A stretch of 63,936 nt of DNA, filler included, from Globobulimina sp. (GCA_003354225.1; 54 parts of 54 records of this genome joined end to end with filler, not necessarily neighbours in it), one strand, 5' to 3'; counted from the first letter of the whole stretch, positions 11,735 through 23,889 are shown. The notes: generated by a model not told the origin, from the sequence alone. A program made the numbers and translations.

Positions 11735-13055
11735 CTTCCATAAAAAATTAGTTGCACCATATTCAATATNNNNNNNNNNNNNNNNNNNNNNNNNNNNNNN
11801 NNNNNNNNNNNNNTTAATTAATTAANNNNNNNNNNNNNNNNNNNNNNNNNNNNNNNNNNNNNNNNNNNNTAACTTATGAACATTGTATCTAAATTTTGTG
11901 ATGATTGATAGTTGACTGACTTACTTGGCTTCCTTGATGTTCCTTCAGGATTTACAATCTGTTGCTACGATTTTGTCTAGATTTATGTTTTTTATTTTAT
12001 CCTTGTCCACACCCAAGTCTTTTCCAATTGCATCTACTAGTTGGTCTAGTGTTAACCTAATATAAATATAATCATTTACTTAAAACATGTATACTGTGTG
12101 AGCTAACCTTGTGCCTCCAAGCCATATTTTCTTCTGACCACAATTTCGCAATTTAATGTTTTGCCCCTTCGTTTCCTTTGGGTCACCCTTGAAAAAATAG
12201 CCCCATTTTTGTTTTGGCATTTCTACTGATATGACAGCTAAAAGAAATAATATTCAATGGTATACATGTAAACGGTAGAATTACATTAGGCAACATACAT
12301 ATGCTGCTTGCTTTACGCTCCTGGATTAGTTCCTGTTCAACAGGCTCCGGTTCAGGAATAGGGTCTGAAAATTGATTTGCAGTTATATTCTGTTTATGTA
12401 AGTAAGGAGAATATTATAAGACACACCTGGTTCTGCAGTACCCTCTTGTACAGCAATTTCATGCTCAACGATTTTGTCAAGATCAATATTCTTTATCTTT
12501 TCCATGTCAACACCCCAATTAGTTCCAACAGCGTTTACCAACTTATTAACAGTAATCCTAAATGTAACATGTCCAGGTTAAATTACTCTTGCTATGGTCG
12601 ACTTTGTACCTTTTGCCACCGAACCAAGTCTTTTTTCTACCACTGTGCGCCAACTTCTTGCCAAAATTGTGAAGTCGTTTTAATTGCCTCCCAAGTACTT
12701 CGAATGCAAGTGAACCCATAGCCAGACCACATATTACATATGTTATTCCGATAGGGAAAAGGAACAGTCTAAAACGGCAAACATTGACCATTTTCTTTTA
12801 TCTTGATAATATTGTACTATACCGTTTTGTGTGGGGATTGTCAATCTATTGACAATCCTATTGTACATGATATATGATTGTTTGCAAAGGCCACTAAACA
12901 CGGCACCCCCTTCCAGCTTCTCAATTTCCGGCCTAGGTAGTTCTGGAATGCCGTANNNNNNNNNNNNNNNNNNNNNNNNNNNNNNNNNNNNNNNNNNNNT
13001 TAATTAATTAANNNNNNNNNNNNNNNNNNNNNNNNNNNNNNNNNNNNNNNNNNNN

Positions 13056-14141
13056 GAATGTCGGGACGTACGTTTGTTTAGTGTTTTTGCCCGGCTCTTT
13101 AGTAACAATATTAAAAAATGGACGTCAATTATTATTTTCTGCCTTATTTAGGTATATAACAAATAATTAGTCAGCATTGCATATCTTACAAATATGATAG
13201 AATTTGTCAATCTGAAAGGTAACGATCTATCTGATCTGAAAACGATTTTTAATTTTTTTTGAATACTGCTGTATCTGATTTTGGATTCGTTACCGCATCG
13301 ATCGAAACAAACAAATTCTATCCATATTATGTGGGTCTCATAAAAATGTAATGCAATGCAAATTATTTGGCTGTTTGTGTTAGAAAAATTTTGGAAAAAA
13401 AAACATTAAGCAACTCTCAAGCGTTTGGTATTTTGCTTGTTGTGGTTGGCTTGTTATTGGTTTGCGTGGCAGCATTTTTAAATGATGCTAGCACTGCTTC
13501 ATCATCTTACAAATCACAATTCATTGGCATGACTATAATGGTAACAGTTGGCTTTTTTGGTTCCCTCAGAAATCACCACGAACAAATCCTGTGTCGAGAC
13601 AGGGGATATAACGCTTCTTTTGTTGTTGGCACACGGTCGTTTGTCTCCATATTCTGGACATTAATAATTGCGATTATTTTATTATGTATTCCTCTTTTAT
13701 ATGATAACAAATTGAATAATTATACAACTTCGATCGAAACTGGTTGGACCGATTTATATTCCGGCATTGTTTATATTGGCTCATATCCGATATTTGTAAT
13801 AAGTTTTGCATTTTTCGTCGCAGCAATATATGGTAAAAATATAACGCAAATGAAAGTTATTGAATTATCATCTGCTTTGACAAGGAATTTGACCATGCAA
13901 CTCATGCCAATCGGGACATGGTTATTGTCGTTGGGATGTTACTATGCTGTCAATGAGCAATATGGCGAGCCGTGGAATAATATGTCCTATATTCGCTTAG
14001 CTGGATTTGTTGTTGTTTTAGGCGGAAGTTATTTATATATGAAGATTCCGAAAGATATCAATCAAAATGAAGCAAAAGGTCTGATTGAAGACATTGATTT
14101 GCACGGAAACGATATAGTACCTCCATATTTCTTGCCATTTC
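13056..14141 (+). CDS. SLC35/DMT nucleotide-sugar-transporter-like protein (SLC35F6-like) fragment
   Basis: Multiple TMs; ILEKKTLSNSQAFGILLVVVGL, ELSSALTRNL, YGEPWNNMSYIRLAGFVVVLGGSYLY; upstream exon ..LKNGRQLLFSALFR. Confidence 0.75.
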
Positions 14142-14353
14142 NNNNNNNNNNNNNNNNNNNNNNNNNNNNNNNNNNNNNNNNNNNNTTAATTAATTAANNN
14201 NNNNNNNNNNNNNNNNNNNNNNNNNNNNNNNNNNNNNNNNNGGTGCTGTACTTCTATACAAATACTGGTGCTATACATGGTGCGATACAACAGTCTATAC
14301 ATTCTATACATTCGATGGGAAATAAATTCGGCCAATACAGTCAGCCAATGCAT

Positions 14354-14926
14354 TCAATGCAATACATGGTGCAATACAATAGTCTCCTTGAATGTTGCTT
14401 TCAGTTTGGTTTTGTCGCCTTCTTGGCCATTTTGTTTTTTCGTTGTCTTTCCGATGACACAATGGTTAGCCCCTGTGATCCGTTTGCGTTTTGTTTTAAC
14501 AGAAGGGATAATAACTTCCAGCGTTTTCATGAGAAGATATGTTTTGTCCTGTAAAAGAAGTGTGTAATCATGGGATAAATCAGCTTCTTGTATACCAACT
14601 TTCTGATTCGGCCCCAAATACATAAAAATGTTTGGTAGCTGGAGTCTTTTATCCGATATGTCAGCTTGTGGTTCATCATGTGTTTGTATTTTGTTGTCCG
14701 AAATGGGGTGTTGAAGGATGTCGAAACCCAATTGCTCGACAATACAAACACTTATGGGGTGATTTCTGGTCATATGACGTTTCATGCTGTCCTTTCTTTT
14801 GCATACAAAGTCACATTTTTGGCAGGGAATGGAGTAGTTAGGGTCATGCCCCGCACGATGACGTACAAGATTTCCGGTATTAGCAAAATTGTCACCACAT
14901 TCTGGACAAGAAAGTTTGGGAGCCAT
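14354..14926 (-). CDS. C2H2 zinc-finger protein (eukaryotic)
   Basis: CPECGDNFANTGNLVRHRAGH and CQKCDFVCKRKDSMKRHMTRNH. Confidence 0.85.
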   Translation of the reverse strand: MAPKLSCPECGDNFANTGNLVRHRAGHDPNYSIPCQKCDFVCKRKDSMKRHMTRNHPISVCIVEQLGFDILQHPISDNKIQTHDEPQADISDKRLQLPNIFMYLGPNQKVGIQEADLSHDYTLLLQDKTYLLMKTLEVIIPSVKTKRKRITGANHCVIGKTTKKQNGQEGDKTKLKATFKETIVLHHVLH

Positions 14927-15037
14927 AATCAGAACCGACCGCACACGACCAGTACAACTGTAAGAATGATGCTATGTCTAGTTAATACTTATTATATGTA
15001 ATGTCAGCCTAAATTTCACCTGAAGAGAGGAAAATAA

Positions 15038-15327
15038 ATGCCACATTTTAACTGGAAAGGAAAAAATTCATACGGTGAAAAACGGAAAGGCGTCATAGAA
15101 GCTCCCAATCTCGAATCTGCCAAAGGTCATCTGAAAAAGATCAGGATCACCCCGACTAAAGTCAAAGAAAAACCAAAGGACTTCCTTGAGAATATCGAGA
15201 TGTTCAAACCCAAAGTTACCGGTAAAGATGTTGTTATTTTTACCCGGCTGCTCTCCACCATGATCGATGCAGGGTTCAAGTTGGTACAGGGTTTAGAAAT
15301 ACTTGGTGCCGTACAGGAGAATCCTAC
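15038..15327 (+). CDS. pilC: Type IV pilus inner-membrane platform protein PilC (GspF family), 5' fragment, bacterial
   Basis: MPHFNWKGKNSYGEKRKGVIEA..PKVTGKDVVIFTRLLSTMIDAG..LVQGLEIL..QENP; Shine-Dalgarno GAGAGG ~8 nt upstream. Confidence 0.92.
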
Positions 15328-15527
15328 NNNNNNNNNNNNNNNNNNNNNNNNNNNNNNNNNNNNNNNNNNNNTTAATTAATTAANNNNNNNNNNNNNNNNN
15401 NNNNNNNNNNNNNNNNNNNNNNNNNNNCCATGACACGCATCGCAACTTCGATATGGTGCACAACACGTAATGGCTTTCATTATTTTACGTCCAGAAAATA
15501 AACTTTGTTACTAAAAGCTCTACAAAC

Positions 15528-16513
15528 ATGCATGGTTCTTCTAAGTTGACTGTATATTATGGAGGATATTCAGAAACATCAATAAATAATCTGTTGGGAG
15601 CACTCAAACAATATAAAATCGGTACAATTGTTGATTGTAGAAGTTGTCCGAACCCATCCACTATTTCAGAATATAAATTGAAAAATATCGAAAGAAAATG
15701 TAAGGAAAATAATATTGAATATTGTTGGAAGGGAAAAGAGTTTGGAGGAAAACATCAAATAAATAAATTATTGTCGAGATTATGTGATAACGAAGCCAGA
15801 ATAGCCGAAGATTTCTTATGTTGCGTATTCAGTGTAATTAAACAGCCATCATTCATGCTTTGTGAATGTAAAAATATTATTAATTGCCATTGTAAATATA
15901 TCGCAGATGCATTAATAAAATATAATTTAGCAAATATTAAAACTATAACTATACACAATGACAATTTAAACAACATTGAATGTGCAGATTATAAATTAAC
16001 CAAAGACTCAAAGATAAAAATCATTGGTTTTATTCCCGACATACAGCAGAACGTTAACGATGATGACGAAAAAGCAATAAACGACAATACATCAAATGTT
16101 CGTAATGACTGGTCCAAATATTTAAAATCAATGGAAGAACGAGATATAAATTGCGTATTAAAGCAATTTGAAGCAAAATGGAAAAATGAACAATTAAAAT
16201 TAAAAGAAAAACTAATTTTAAGCGATGATTTTAATTTTTATTTACCGCACGAAAAAGAAAAAGAATTTAATATTGATGACATGTTTAAAAATGAGAAAAG
16301 AAAAAAAAGATTACAATATATTGGCGGTGTGGATATTTCGCATGGCTCAGATGATGCAGATTTGGCCTGTGCTGGATTGGTGATATTGGAATATCCGTCT
16401 TTGAAACCAGTCTATGAGAAATTTAATATTGTTCGATTTAACCAACCGTATATTGCTGGCTTTTTAGCCTTTCGTGAAGTCGATTTTTTGCTGACAATTA
16501 TTGATGAAATTCG
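15528..16513 (+). CDS. Endonuclease V with N-terminal DUF488-like domain; 3' truncated
   Basis: C-term YIGGVDIS..ACAGLVILEYPSLKPVYE..PYIAGFLAFRE (EndoV); N-term YYGGYS..IVDCRSCP..IEYCWKGKEFGG..MLCEC..CHCKYIADAL (DUF488 pattern). Confidence 0.85.
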
Positions 16514-16613
16514 NNNNNNNNNNNNNNNNNNNNNNNNNNNNNNNNNNNNNNNNNNNNTTAATTAATTAANNNNNNNNNNNNNNNNNNNNNNNNNNNNNNN
16601 NNNNNNNNNNNNN

Positions 16614-16769
16614 CAATGTGAGGTTGATCAAAAAGGCTATTTAGAAGATCGCAGACCTGCGGCAAATATGGATCCCTATGAAGTTACAGCAATTATTGCA
16701 AAAACGACAATTTTGAATGATCCGTATGATTTGGACGAATCCGTCGAGGAATTTCAAACCATCGAATGA
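16614..16769 (+). CDS. Glutamine synthetase type II, C-terminal fragment (absent from ORF track)
   Basis: Own translation [34 protein letters not shown], the canonical GSII KGY.EDRRP..N.DPY.VT motif. Confidence 0.92.
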   Translation, partial: QCEVDQKGYLEDRRPAANMDPYEVTAIIAKTTILNDPYDLDESVEEFQTIE

Positions 16770-17128
16770 AGTATTTACCAATTGTAAGAATGAAGTATTT
16801 GTATTTTGTGTTGTTTCTTTTGTGCACTTTGTAGTTTCCTCTATGAAACTTTTTTTTTTGTTTGTTTGTGCGTTTATATTTTTATAGCCCTTTAAATTTA
16901 ATATATCATATATTGTCTGGACATTTGTATCGGACATTTTTCCACAAACATCGTTGAAACCTAAAGCGCTGCCACGGTCAAATCAGTTTACGCGTCTGTT
17001 ATTACCGTCACTTGCGAGTTGCGCAACTTTTTTTGTTAAAAAAAATGATTTCATAATAGGTTGTGTTTTAAAGAAGAAAGAGTTATAGGTTGTGTTTTTT
17101 CATAATTTAATTAATATTTGGAAGTCTG

Positions 17129-17491
17129 TTAAATAGCAATAAGTATCATATTGAGAATAAAGCCAAGCAGTGTCACTCCGACCAATACTTTAAATGCTTG
17201 AAGTTGTTTGGGTGGTAAATGTGAGCCGCAGTTATAGACACACATTCCAATTACACCAATTGGCCAAATTAAAAATCCTAAGAATGCCATAATGTAAAGA
17301 CAAGTTGGATCATCAATAACAGTGAGAACAATTGGAGTTTGTTCACTTTGTTGGTAAGTTACTGGTTGTTGGTAACTTGTTTTTGCGGGTACTGCTTGCT
17401 GGTGAGTTACAGCAGGATTTGGAATTGAAGTATACGCTGGTACTGGGACTACAGAAACTTGCACAGGTTCTTGAATATTATTTGCTTCCAT
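17129..17491 (-). CDS. Small Pro/Gln-rich two-TM membrane protein
   Basis: Complete 120-aa ORF with low-complexity N-terminus and two hydrophobic helices. Confidence 0.6.
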   Translation of the reverse strand: MEANNIQEPVQVSVVPVPAYTSIPNPAVTHQQAVPAKTSYQQPVTYQQSEQTPIVLTVIDDPTCLYIMAFLGFLIWPIGVIGMCVYNCGSHLPPKQLQAFKVLVGVTLLGFILNMILIAI

Positions 17492-17799
17492 TGGATGTGT
17501 GGTTCGAAATGATCAGACTTATCAGGGCTTGATGTTACAAAGATAGAGTCTAAAGATAGTGTCTAAAAATAGAATTATTCACAAATAGACACAATTTCAT
17601 AATTGCATCTGTAATTATGTATGCGCAGAAATAATTATTAATAATAGTGTAATATTTGTCCCATGATATCGACATATCGTAGCCTTATCTTTTACAATCN
17701 NNNNNNNNNNNNNNNNNNNNNNNNNNNNNNNNNNNNNNNNNNNTTAATTAATTAANNNNNNNNNNNNNNNNNNNNNNNNNNNNNNNNNNNNNNNNNNNN

Positions 17800-18153
17800 C
17801 TCTTTGGATTCCATAAGATTTACTAAACGATGATCATAAATGGTCGAATGGAATTTACGAAGTTTCCAGTCATCAGTTATTGTACCAGTTGTCGGATCAT
17901 AGGGAAATGAATTATTTCCATCTATTTTAGCATGCCTATATGTTGTATCATATTCTTCTAAATCTTCTAAATTGTCTTGAATCAATGTATTTACTGTTTG
18001 ATCGTTAGGAATATCTTCCTTATTCATTGCAACTTCCATATCTGATAAATTGTAGTTGTCCAAATCGTTGTTAAATTCCATACTTGTATTGTCACCGGGT
18101 TCATCTTCCTGTGACAACGGTTGTTCTGCATTTTCTGAAGGACAGCAGCCCAT
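17800..18153 (-). CDS. Predicted N-myristoylated/palmitoylated protein, 5' fragment
   Basis: MGCCPS N-terminus followed by acidic region. Confidence 0.55.
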
Positions 18154-18198
18154 GGCATGGAACAGTAGTTACAGTACTTACCGCAGTGGTTTTTCAAA

Positions 18199-18849
18199 AT
18201 GTGTGAATCAATATTAACAATACTCACTTTTTTGGAACTTGGTATTTTCAATGATGTATTTGCTGGCTCTCAGCCTCCGTTATTCGAAACATATCAAGGT
18301 TATAATGAAGGAAAAATCGGGCAACGTTTCAAGGATAAATTCAATAAATATATCCCATTCGAAGGACGTAATAAAATGCATATATTGCATTTGGGTGCTA
18401 AGACATCGGATTTTGCAGAAAATATGTACAAAGACGGATTTATAAATATTGATAACATTGATTTATTGGAAGATAAAATGAGTAGAATGAAACAACGTAT
18501 GAAGCAATTAAAAATTGCAGCTACAGTTAGATTTGAAGTAGCTGACATGTTTGAATTTGGTGAAGCGAATATGTATGACGTTGTAATTGATAAAGGTGTT
18601 ATAGAATTAACTAGCAAGGGACATGACAAATACCTCCCACATTGTTGGAATATTTTAAAAGATAATGGTTTATTTATCACAATTGGTCCATTCCCACCAC
18701 AAGGATCCAAAGAGAATGGTTGGTGGCTTTCTGCTAAAATGGCACCATCAAATTGGAAAACAGAGCGAAAAAATGGGTGGGAAATGGAAGGAGTGGAAGT
18801 GATGGTCAATGTTGTAGCTATCTTTTCACGAAGATGGGATTCCAAGTGA
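18199..18849 (+). CDS. Class I SAM-dependent methyltransferase (METTL13/EEF1AKMT4-like)
   Basis: ILHLGAKTSDFAENMYKDGFINIDNID, FEVADMFE, YDVVIDKG, ILKDNGLFITI. Confidence 0.8.
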   Translation: MCESILTILTFLELGIFNDVFAGSQPPLFETYQGYNEGKIGQRFKDKFNKYIPFEGRNKMHILHLGAKTSDFAENMYKDGFINIDNIDLLEDKMSRMKQRMKQLKIAATVRFEVADMFEFGEANMYDVVIDKGVIELTSKGHDKYLPHCWNILKDNGLFITIGPFPPQGSKENGWWLSAKMAPSNWKTERKNGWEMEGVEVMVNVVAIFSRRWDSK

Positions 18850-19014
18850 AGTGAAATTTCTTTAGAGATATTCTGAAAAATCCAANNNNNNNNNNNNNNN
18901 NNNNNNNNNNNNNNNNNNNNNNNNNNNNNTTAATTAATTAANNNNNNNNNNNNNNNNNNNNNNNNNNNNNNNNNNNNNNNNNNNNATGTCCTATACATTA
19001 TATATTATATACAG

Positions 19015-19967
19015 GAGAAGAATGGGGTTTGTATGGTTCAGTGGACTTTAATGAAAACCAACAAAATAGAGAAGAATTTGTAAATAAAATTGTGACGTAT
19101 ATTAATTTTGATATGACAGTGACCGGGCAAAATATGGTATTTTTATCAAATCCTTTATTCCGGTCCTTATTATTTGACGCATCTCAACAATTAAATTATC
19201 CATATGACGATCATGGATTTAGCAAAGATATGAGTTTATACCATGTATGGAGTGAGTTGAATCCATCTGGCAATTTACGGTTAGTTACAACGGGAAGCGA
19301 TTATGGCGCATTTGAATATTATTCAGGAATACCAACCTTAGGGGTTAGGTTTGATACATATCCGCAATCATTCCCTGATGTTTATCATACCTTTTATGAC
19401 TTAAATGGTGTATTAGATATTATGGATCCACAATGGAACTATGCACAACGTATAGCATCTTTGGGAGGGCTGTTAATGTTGAAAGTGGCTCAATCACAAA
19501 TATTGCCATGGGATGTGTTGCGATTTGCTGATAAAATGGTGGAATGGCTTGATAATGATTTAGTAAATAGAGCCGCAAATGTCGCTGATTGCAGCATTGA
19601 TGCATATGTGGATGATTTGAAAGAGGCAGTTATTGATTTTAGAAACTCTGCCAATGTATTTGATGAGGTTCGTAATAGCTATGTGCGAGCTAATAATAAC
19701 GATGAGGAGAATATGGATCCACAACAAGTGCAAAGATATAATAAAATATTAATGGAATTGACAAGGCGTTTAACATTAAAATATCCACAAGGAATGCCAT
19801 CAAATATGTGGTATAAACAAATGATTATAGATCCAGGAAGCAAGCGATTTCCATATATTTGGGATAGGATCACTGTTGGATGTGATGTACAGGAGTTAGA
19901 GGAAGCATTTCTTATCACATCCAGTATGATTTATAACGCATCGGAATTGTTGCAATCAGTTTTATAA
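19015..19967 (+). CDS. M28 peptidase (glutamate carboxypeptidase II/transferrin-receptor-like), last exon
   Basis: EEWGLYGS, YINFDM, GSDYGAF..GIP, YHTFYD, then TfR dimerisation-like domain (YNKILMELTR..GMP..WYK). Confidence 0.9.
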
Positions 19968-20869
19968 TCAATTATCGATGTGGATAAATAATATTAATTT
20001 AACTTTAATTAATTATACTTTATAATACATATTGACAATAATCAATAACATTAAACCTATACCAATCTCTGNNNNNNNNNNNNNNNNNNNNNNNNNNNNN
20101 NNNNNNNNNNNNNNNTTAATTAATTAANNNNNNNNNNNNNNNNNNNNNNNNNNNNNNNNNNNNNNNNNNNNTTTATCTTTTCTCTGACTTTCATTTACAT
20201 TGATAATAATATTAAATTTTTGATTATTTTCATTATTTAATCTTTAAATTTTTTTTTGAATTGTATCAAATATGTAAAGATAAAAATGATTATTATTATT
20301 TTTCTCATACTCTCTATTTCGATAATGTCTTTTTATCCATTTACAGTCATTCATATCTGCACATATTTCAATATATTATGTTTCAGTCTCAGAATGTTAT
20401 GAATTATAATATCGCAAACAATATGCAATTCGTAATAAATGAACGCAATTCTTTATGATTCCATCTTCTTTCTCATTACATTTTGTTGTGTTTGTTTTGA
20501 ATATTTTAAAATCAAACTTCTCTGTTTTAATTTGTGGGATGGCGCAGCATTGTACTAATTGCTGCTACGTAATATAAGCAGAGAATAAGTGACTAACTAT
20601 GGATCTACCAAAAACACAAACTGACAAAAGCATCTAATTACTTAGTCAACGTTTTTGTTTGCATCTTCAAGATTATGGACTAACTATCCTTGCACATAGC
20701 AATACACACACAAAGATTTGTTTATTACATAGAATGAATCGCATATAACCACAAAAAATGCAAAAATAAAACACCAAAAAAACAAACAAAAATTATACCA
20801 TATGATATTATTTTTCATTTTTCTATTTCTTTGGGCGGTGTAAACCCGTTTTAATTCACCAAATTATTC

Positions 20870-20960
20870 AATATTTACCATAATAATAATAACATAAAAT
20901 ACATAAATTCTACGAAGCGAATTCGTCGCTTGACATAGATACCATATTTACCATAATTAA
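20870..20960 (-). repeat. Single diverged copy of the hairpin repeat arrayed at 40.6-41.0 kb
   Basis: Reverse complement reads TTATGGTAAATATGGTATCTATGTCAAGCGACGAATTCGCTTCGTAGAATTTAT. Confidence 0.7.
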
Positions 20961-21440
20961 CTCGATCCAACTGCCAGTCACAACCAATTAACTCTATTAT
21001 CATCTAGTCCAATTAAATAATATTTGCTTTCTTTCTTTTGTTGTTTGTAATGATGGCCGTGTAGAAGGCCATCATATACTTCATTCTTAATCCAATTCCA
21101 TTTCCTTGCTTGTATTTTATTGAAGTTGCCTCAGGAGTTGAACCTGAATCTCTGGACGCATCCAGTGCTCTTCTTGAGCTATGCGACAGCATCGATTGAT
21201 TGGATGTAAAACGTTGCTGACAATCATTGTCCTAATTCCTAAATCGCATTCAAATAANNNNNNNNNNNNNNNNNNNNNNNNNNNNNNNNNNNNNNNNNNN
21301 NTTAATTAATTAANNNNNNNNNNNNNNNNNNNNNNNNNNNNNNNNNNNNNNNNNNNNTATTTGTTATTAGTGCACCCAACTGGTAAGGATTATTAATTTG
21401 TGTTATTGGCACATCATTTCCCCTCACCATAGTTTTTGGT

Positions 21441-22443
21441 GTATTATTATCACAATGGTTCTTGTGTCTGTAATTGGCGCGAGTGTGGTGTCATTTATAA
21501 GTTCATCTGCCTCAGGTTCGATTACTCCCCTGAATAAAATTCGTGCGTATTATAATGCCGAGTCCGGTTACAGATATGCAGGGTACAGATTCTCAAGTAA
21601 AAGCGAAGGGGATTTTGATGCTTTAAAAAATATTTCGGGAACTACATTTCAACTTTCACAGGATAACAGTTTCAGTTTAGATATTGATTCCTACTGGTTC
21701 GAAGTGTCAGGAAATCAGACACCACCGGTCAGCAGACTTCGCGTAAGATCGCCCCTTTCCTATCCGGACGGATATTCAGATGAGGCAACAGGCATTATAT
21801 CCGGAATAATCAAAATTGACGGTGTGTCTGCCCTGGTTTCATTCAGCAGTATTGACAGGAATACGGGATCACCCGGAGAATGGGACCTGGTCCTTGATAC
21901 TGCTTTATCGGTTTCTGTTTCAGACGGGTCCTATGTTTATCCTGCACTGCGGGTTTCAAGTACAACCGGAAATATAAAAGTTGTTTCGCCGGGAAATGAT
22001 CTGCAAATCGTTGAATCGGATGGTGTTACGCAGCTTAATGAAAGTGATTTCCAGGTGTTCCCAAAATTTAACGGGGCATTAAATGTAACAAACGGTACAG
22101 ACACGTATCTGCTTTTATATGACAGGGCGGATCCGTTAACGTCAACACTGACAAACATCAGGAATGCATCCGACACCTTTAATCCCATGGATGACAACTC
22201 AGTGCCTGCGGCCGGTTCCACGTTTGTTTTAAATAAAAACATATTTATTACTTCAACCGGGATTTCCGGGGAAGACGGGTCAGCATATCAGGCCAGAAAG
22301 GAACTTAAAATAAATGTTCCTCTGATTGCAGGTGCAATGGTTAAACATTATAAATTGAATGAGACTTTTGGCAACCTCAATAGCTTTGATACGTCGTCTG
22401 AACTGGGGGGTCACACTTTTTCATCAGTAGATGGAAATGATGC
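21441..22443 (+). CDS. PilX-like type IV pilus/secretion minor pilin with large beta-rich extension, bacterial, fragment
   Basis: Hydrophobic IIITMVLVSVIGASVVSF followed by RAYYNAESGYRYA (PilX-N motif); no introns, bacterial codon style. Confidence 0.7.
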
Positions 22444-22543
22444 NNNNNNNNNNNNNNNNNNNNNNNNNNNNNNNNNNNNNNNNNNNNTTAATTAATTAAN
22501 NNNNNNNNNNNNNNNNNNNNNNNNNNNNNNNNNNNNNNNNNNN

Positions 22544-23563
22544 ATGCGACAGCGGTGTTGAACGATACTCTCTGTTTTTACTTATATATTCGTCCAAAAT
22601 TACACAATTAAATAATAAATATACGAATTCCTTTATCCATTCACTCGATTTATATCCGTTGAATCTATTAATTAGATCCGGTATTATTGAATAATTAATA
22701 TATAAATGAAAATCATGAAATGTGCGCAGGTTCGGTTTGAAATAACTAACACACAAATAATATATCACATTTTTTGATATTTTCGGACATTTCATGCAAA
22801 TATGGAAACAATTTGAATCTGAATTGTCTGAAATAAAAACAGTTTGTTAACGGAACATTGTGTTCGCAGAATAAATCCCATAAATTATATTGTCAACAAA
22901 CACAATGTTCCATATTTGAATTGCTTTTATCAAAAATATCAAAAATGTGACATGATTTGTATATATGTCATACGTAATTGGTGTGTTACCAAATATAAAT
23001 ATAAATAATATGATAGACAACAACAACAATGGTGAGATACTAAAGAATATTGCAAATAAAAAAGATTTTGAGATGAAAGATTTAATGATTATGCCCCAAT
23101 ACTCACGATCTGTGTATTTCAGCTTTGATAAAGGAAATAAAAATGGCGCCATTATCGATGTATGCACAGCAAACATAATTATTAGATACAACAGTAATGT
23201 CATTAAAAATATATTTAAATGGTTGTAAAACGAGATAGTGTATAAAGGGAAAAAATAATTTGTGGCAAAGATGTTCATATAAATTGTATCAAATATACAT
23301 AGCAGGATAATAATTGCGGCGAGCATAATTGTCACATAATTTAACGATTTAGATTTGGATTTGCATGATGAGGATGGCATCGGTAACAAATATGTGTAAT
23401 CGTGTGCTTTATAAACATTGATACAGTTTTGAATTGATGTGAATAATGGTTTTAGCCAATTACGATTACACCCCATTGTTGATATGGTATGATTTAAGCT
23501 ATCAGGGTTTTCTAACTGTTGTGCAAGGATAAGGAGAATGACAATGACAAAAAACGATATCAA
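22544..23563 (-). CDS. Hypothetical multi-pass membrane protein (two exons/ORFs)
   Basis: Hydrophobic ORF 22847-23563 plus downstream ORF 22544-22795. Confidence 0.45.
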
Positions 23564-23889
23564 TCTACAAAATTACATCAGTTTCCTCCTCCTCGTCGTC
23601 ACTGACTCTGAATGAATGTTTTGCCCTTANNNNNNNNNNNNNNNNNNNNNNNNNNNNNNNNNNNNNNNNNNNNTTAATTAATTAANNNNNNNNNNNNNNN
23701 NNNNNNNNNNNNNNNNNNNNNNNNNNNNNACGAAGCCACATTTAATCCATACAGCACATATTTTGCATCCTATGTACCCAAATAACCAATAAAAACCGCT
23801 ATAAGCATATGACATGTAAATATACTCTCAAACTGTAAATACGCATTTGAGATTAGATAGGCCCTATACAGACCGCTAGTGACTATGTA

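Noticed and set aside
11870-12955. Fragmentary minus-strand exons
   Set aside because: Could not assemble a credible spliced product or recognise a family
14243-14385. Short degenerate ATACATGGTGC repeats
   Set aside because: Low-complexity, few copies, no structure; not interpretable
15038-16513. pilC-EndoV or pilC-pilX linkage as an operon
   Set aside because: Separated by artificial spacers; different contigs
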